This document shows positions 59,127 to 64,000 of a stretch of 64,000 nucleotides of DNA, piece by piece. This stretch comes from an uncultured delta proteobacterium. GTDB lineage: Bacteria > Desulfobacterota > Binatia > UBA9968. Every line of letters starts with the position of its first letter. Positions within the stretch are counted from its first letter, which is position 1. A program made the position numbers and the translations under genes. The DNA lies in assembly GCA_963755715.1 (NCBI GenBank), contig CAVWLW010000014.1:29759-93758 (forward strand), read 5' to 3'. A model generated the notes under the pieces. It did no database searches and was not told the DNA's origin. It saw only the letters and a program-made list of their open reading frames with translations.

Positions 59127-60167
59127 TCACCGATTCAAATATTTCTTCATCATATTTTGGGCGAATTCTTTGGCCCCGGGTGAAAGAATGAGCAACCGGC
59201 GCAGGACCGGGTCGCTCTCTGCATGGGAGAGCATTTCGGCGTCGTCGCCGGCAACCTTGGCCAGCTCCGCAGCGAATTCTTTGTCCTTTTCGATGCGCCC
59301 CATGGTATCGCGATAGACTTTGACGATGTCCGGCGGAGTTTTCTTTGCTGTCTGCAACGGCCGGCCGGAGTCGTCGGCGCCGGCAATCGTGATATACGCT
59401 TGCCAGGCAACGCCTGTCGGTTTCTGCGCGCCCAACAACTCTTCGAAGAGCGGTACTTTGGGAAATTCCACGCGCTTCTTGGACGAGCCATCCGGCAACA
59501 GCCGTCCCTTTTGCACGAAGGGCTGAAAACCTTCGGCGATCAGCTCCTTGAGCGCAATCAAGTTGGACGTTGCGTAGATATCGGTCTCGCCGCGTTGAAA
59601 TGCCAGGCGCATTTCGCCGCCGCCGCCATAACCGAGAATCCAGCGGACGTTCCACTTGAGATACTCGGCGCCCCACAAGAACATGGCATTCCAAGTATCG
59701 TCTCCACCGCGCGAGCCGATGGCGAGGGGCTTGCCGCTTTTCAAGCGATCGATTTTGTCCGGGCGCATCAGCGCCACGGGTGTGCCGCGCAGGATCGCGC
59801 CGATGAGATCCCAATTGAGTAGATTGTATTTTACTTCGTCGCGAGCGAAAGCCTGTTCAACGATATTCGTCGAGCTGCCGTAATAAAGCTGCAAGCCGTC
59901 CGGTTTGGCAAACTGCTCGAACCAGTTGGCAGCAACCAATCCGGCGGCGCCCGGCATGTTGCGCACCGTGACAGCCGGATTGCCGGGCAGATGGCGCTCG
60001 AGATATTTTCCAAGCAGCCGCGCTTCGGCGTCGACGCCGCCGCCCGTCGGGTAGCCCACGAGAATCTGGATCCCCTTTCCTTTGAAAAAATCTTGGCACC
60101 CCACACTCGCGGCGGAAATGACAATGACGATCACCGCCAGGCAGAAAATGCTGATCTTGCAGCGCAT
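59127..60167 (-). CDS. Bug/TctC substrate-binding protein
   Basis: VGYPTGGGVD, RNMPGAAG, GYGGGGEMRLAFQRGE. Confidence 0.9.
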   Translation of the reverse strand: MRCKISIFCLAVIVIVISAASVGCQDFFKGKGIQILVGYPTGGGVDAEARLLGKYLERHLPGNPAVTVRNMPGAAGLVAANWFEQFAKPDGLQLYYGSSTNIVEQAFARDEVKYNLLNWDLIGAILRGTPVALMRPDKIDRLKSGKPLAIGSRGGDDTWNAMFLWGAEYLKWNVRWILGYGGGGEMRLAFQRGETDIYATSNLIALKELIAEGFQPFVQKGRLLPDGSSKKRVEFPKVPLFEELLGAQKPTGVAWQAYITIAGADDSGRPLQTAKKTPPDIVKVYRDTMGRIEKDKEFAAELAKVAGDDAEMLSHAESDPVLRRLLILSPGAKEFAQNMMKKYLNR

Positions 60168-60188
60168 GGCGCCTCCAGCGATTTAATG

Positions 60189-61588
60189 TTATCCGCTCGC
60201 GATGAGCGCTGATTTTAAAATTTTTCCTGTCGGACCCTTGGGGAGTTCTGAAAGAATGTGGATTCTCCGGGGATATTTATAGCGAGCCAGATGTTCTTTG
60301 CAGTAACTTAACAGTTCTTCGCTGGTCAGGGTTTCCAGCCGCTTCAAGCTGACGAAGGCCGCGATTTCTTCACCCAGATCGGCGTCGGGAATGGCCACGA
60401 CGGCAGCCTCAGCGACTGTCGGGTGAGAAAGCAATACGGCTTCGACCTCCTGTGGAAAGATCGAGTATCCGCCTCTGAGAATGCGTTCGCGCACGCGGCC
60501 GACAATCTGCACGTAGCCCTGAGACGATATCGTCGCGAGATCGCCGGTCTTGAACCAGCCGTTGGAAATCACTTCACGGGTCTCCTCAGGGGCGTCCCAA
60601 TAGCAATCCATCATCGCCGGCGACTTGATCCAGAGCTCGCCGATATTGTCGCGACTTGCGGTTTCATCCAACGCCAATCGTATCTCGACACCGGGCACAG
60701 GTTTGCCGACGACGTCCGGGACGTCGCTCGGATCGTCGTCGCGAAAAGACAGCGGGCGGAATAATTCGGTCATGCCGTAACCGCGCACGATTCGCGTGGC
60801 CGTCTTTTCTTGCCATTCAGTGGCCAGCTCCCACGGACAAGGCGCCGCGCCGGACACTGCCAGACGCAAGCTCGAAAAGTCGCTCTCGGAAAACGCCGGC
60901 GAATTGAGCAAGCGGCGAAAGATCGTTGCGACTGCGGGCAAGACCGTCACGCGATATTTTTTGACCGCCGCGAACACGGCTTCGGGCGTGAATCGTTCCA
61001 GCACGACAACAGTCGCGCCGCTAAGGAGCGGCGCTAAAAGACCGCCGTTGAGGCCAAGCGAGTGCGCTAACGGAACGGCCACGAGCACTCTGTCGTCGGG
61101 CGTGAGTCCCATGACGGGTTGTGCCCAAGAATGATTCGCGAAGGTCAAGGCGTCGTGACTGAATACGGCGCCCTTGGGTCGCCCGGTGCTTCCCGAAGTA
61201 TAGAGAATCAACGAAGGCGCGTTGACGTCATCCATCGTCTGGCAGGAGCGCTTGGCTCATGACGACCCGATCGATGCTTAATTTTGGTCTGAGATCGGCC
61301 TTGAATGCGGCGACCTCTTCTTCTTTGACCAGCGGATTGAGAGGCGCGGGCGTCGCGCCCAATTTGAGAATCGCTAAAAACGCGACAACGAACTCGACTC
61401 CGTTGGGCAATAGCATGGCGACGCGATCGCCGGCGACTACGCCCTGGGTGGCAAGATCGCGAGCAAATCCTGCGGCAAAAGCGTCGAGCTCCGACCAGGT
61501 GAGTTTGTCCTCGCCGCAAAGCAGCGCGGTTTTCGCGCCGAAACGGCGCGCATTGGATTCGATCGGCGCAGACGAAGTTCTGGTGCAT
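60189..61588 (-). CDS. Acyl-CoA synthetase / AMP-binding enzyme (frameshifted)
   Basis: YTSGSTGRPKG, GYGMTE, WFKTGD, LPKGPTGKILK. Confidence 0.92.
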
Positions 61589-61614
61589 GGCCTATACGTA
61601 AGTCTAGGTGGCTC

Positions 61615-61698
61615 GGAGTATTGGAGTGATGGAGTAATGGAGTGTTGGGGTCCGGAATTCTTAGCATCACTCCATGACTCCAGTACTCCATCATTCCA
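61615..61698. repeat. Inverted octamer-array element (TGGAGTRN family)
   Basis: GGAGTATT GGAGTGAT GGAGTAAT GGAGTG...CACTCCA TGACTCCA GTACTCCA TCATTCCA. Confidence 0.85.
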
Positions 61699-61705
61699 GC
61701 CGGAC

Positions 61706-63064
61706 CTACTTGTTCGTGAAATCTTTGAGGTTAATGCGCTGCCAGACTTCGCGCGGAACACGATGGCGCGGCGTGTAAGCGGCGAGGGAAGGCTTGGCTG
61801 TGGCATCGACGCCCCACTTTGCGGTGTTGCCGTCTTCCTTGGTTGAGGGGTCGAGATCGGAGCCGCGCGCATTTGAAATGATCGCGATGTCGCGATCCGG
61901 CTGGCATCGGGTCGCGATCGCCCAGTTGACTTGCCGATCATTAAAGATGTCAACGTCGTGATCGACGACTACGACGCGCTTCATGTAGAGATCGGCGCCC
62001 AGCACGGCCAAGATAGCATTCTTCGCCTGGCCGGAGATCCGTTGCTCGATGGACACGTAGCAAGTAAACGGCGCAGGAACGCGCACGGCTTTCACCGTCG
62101 GCACCATCGCCCGCACCGCGCGATAAAGATTCGCTTCGATAGGCGTGGTGGATAGCATCAGGTGGTCGAGATGTCCCACTGTGATGTCTTGGAAAATCGC
62201 ATCGCGCCGGTGCGTGATCGCGCGCACTTTCAGCACTTCGCGTTGGCGCTCACCGAGACTGTAGCCGGTGAACTCCCCGAAAGGTCCTTCGGGCGTGCGC
62301 TCGTGCGGCAAAATTTCTCCTTCGAGGATCATCTCCGCTTGGGCGGGAACGAGAAGATCGGAAGTTTCGCACTTGATAAGCTCTAAAGGTTCGCCAAGCA
62401 AGCCCGCCCATGATCGCGCGTTCGTCCTCATCGATGGAGCCGATCGCAAGACAGCCCAGCGCAATGGCCGGATGGACGCCGATGGCGAAAGCCACGGGCA
62501 GCGGTTTTCCTTGAGCTTCGGCTGCGCGTTGAAATTCCCAGAGATGCTTCGCCAACGTGAGATGAATCGAAGTCGTATCGCGGCCCTTGATCATCAGCCG
62601 GTTGTAGGCGCAGTTCCAAGTGTCGCTGTTCGGATCTTTGGCAAATGAAATGGCGGCCGTGATGTAGGGACCGGCGTCTTCCTGATGGTGGAGAATCTGC
62701 GGCAGTTTATAGAGATCGATCCGATCACCGGTGAGAATGACCTCTTTTACCGGCGCTTTGGAAACCATTTTCGGCGGAATAGGTTTTTCCATCGCGCGCA
62801 GATAAGCGCGTTGCATCTCCTCAGGCTTGGCGTGGATTGCCGCCGCCAATCGAGAGCGGCCGGCATGAAGATTGGTCAAGACGGGAAACGACGTGCCTTT
62901 TACTTTTTCGAAAAGTAAAATCGGCCGCCGCTTGGCTTCCTGTTCGAGCTTCACCGTGATGGCGGTGATTTCAAAAGCCGGATCGACTTCGCGGGAGACG
63001 GCAAGGAAGTCTTCCGGGTGATTTTGTTTGATCAGATCGAGATAGCTACGAGGTCTTGAGGCAT
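61706..63064 (-). CDS. UbiD-family decarboxylase (frameshifted)
   Basis: EDAGPYITA, WNCAYNRL, EGPFGEFTGY, DHDVDIFN...WAIATR, GSDLDPS. Confidence 0.92.
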
Positions 63065-63150
63065 AACATTACCCTTCCCCAATCATTTGATCACTCGATT
63101 CCCCCGCGTTCCGATTTTGGATTTTCGACCTGTGTGTCGGCTCTCCGAAC

Positions 63151-63176
63151 GGGCGGACACATAGGTCCGCCCCTAC
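63151..63176 (-). repeat. GTAG-type REP-like palindrome
   Basis: Minus strand reads GTAGGGGCGGACCTATGTGTCCGCCC. Confidence 0.65.
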
Positions 63177-63194
63177 AATCGCCCGTTGCGTTCT

Positions 63195-64000
63195 TCACCG
63201 AATCACCCTGTCCGCCCGCGCCAACACATTCGGCGGAATCGTCAAGCCGATCTGCTTAGCTGTTTTTAGGTTAATGATCAATTCAAACTTAACGGGTTGC
63301 TCAACAGGAAGATCGGCGGGCTTGGCGCCTTTCAGTATCTTGTCCACGTAGGTGGCAGCGCGCCTAAACAATTCGGAACGGTCCGTTCCATATGCCACAA
63401 GACCACCAGAGTCCACGAATTCCTTCACGTGAAATATCGACGGCAGGCGGCTCTTTACTGCAAGGTCAGCGATCCGGTTTAGATTCGTAACGAACACCGG
63501 GGCTGGCATGATGGCAAGAGCGCCGACGCGCGCCCTGGTCGCGTCTTCAAACGCTTTGTCGAAATCGCTGGAGCTCCGTATCTCGACCGAATAAAGCTGG
63601 ACTCCCAACGACCGTGCTGGGGGTTGGAGCTCGTTCCAACTGATTGTTGACATTTGGTCCTGGGGATTCCAGAACACGGCCACGCGGGAAAGCTTGGGGA
63701 CAATTTCCTTGAGTAGCTCCAGCCGTTTTCCGGCCAGCTCCGGGTTCATTTGCGACAACCCCGTGATGTTGCCGCCGGGCCGCGCCAGACTGTCAACAAG
63801 CCCACTCGCCACAGGATCACCCGCAGCCGCCATAACGATAGGGATTGTTCTGGTTGCGTTTTTGGCAGCGAGAGCATCGGGAGTAACCGCAGTGACGATG
63901 ATGTCAACTTTGAGACGGACAAGATCAGCTGCGAGGTCAGGGAGGCGATCGTTCCGACCCTCCGCATATCGGTACTCGACGCTAATGTTTTTTCCCTCAA
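63195..64000 (-). CDS. ABC substrate-binding protein (ABC_sub_bind type), partial
   Basis: DPVASGLVDSLARPGGNITG, KRLELLKE, KILKGAKPADLPVEQP, LARADRVI. Confidence 0.92.
   Translation of the reverse strand, partial: EGKNISVEYRYAEGRNDRLPDLAADLVRLKVDIIVTAVTPDALAAKNATRTIPIVMAAAGDPVASGLVDSLARPGGNITGLSQMNPELAGKRLELLKEIVPKLSRVAVFWNPQDQMSTISWNELQPPARSLGVQLYSVEIRSSSDFDKAFEDATRARVGALAIMPAPVFVTNLNRIADLAVKSRLPSIFHVKEFVDSGGLVAYGTDRSELFRRAATYVDKILKGAKPADLPVEQPVKFELIINLKTAKQIGLTIPPNVLARADRVIR

Overview
Bacterial chromosomal window of about 58% GC (eye estimate). The gene content suggests Candidatus Binatia or a related deltaproteobacterial lineage, which is an inference. Many genes carry single-base frameshifts, best read as uncorrected long-read errors rather than pseudogenes. 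Solute-binding proteins dominate: 13 ABC-type SBPs with no ABC permease or ATPase in the window, plus 10 Bug/TctC paralogs around one tctAB pair. Between them lie catabolic enzymes: two xanthine-dehydrogenase-family Mo subunits, two TPP enzymes, two UbiD-family decarboxylases, amidohydrolases, an acyl-CoA ligase and VOC proteins. There is also an ECF sigma/anti-sigma/efflux module and a VapBC toxin-antitoxin pair. Main points of interest: (1) two in-frame UGA codons, each followed after 11 nt by a SECIS-like hairpin, one in a GrdB-like reductase and one at the conserved Cys of a YccU-like CoA-binding protein; (2) a four-helix-bundle gene bracketed by inverted heptamer arrays, with gene-less elements of similar design and several nested repeat/MITE insertions elsewhere; (3) a Tat-signal TPP enzyme paired with a cytochrome c; (4) a duplicated ECF promoter motif; (5) a 1.3 kb low-GC, random-looking segment at 38.5-39.8 kb. 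No rRNA, tRNA or CRISPR array was seen.
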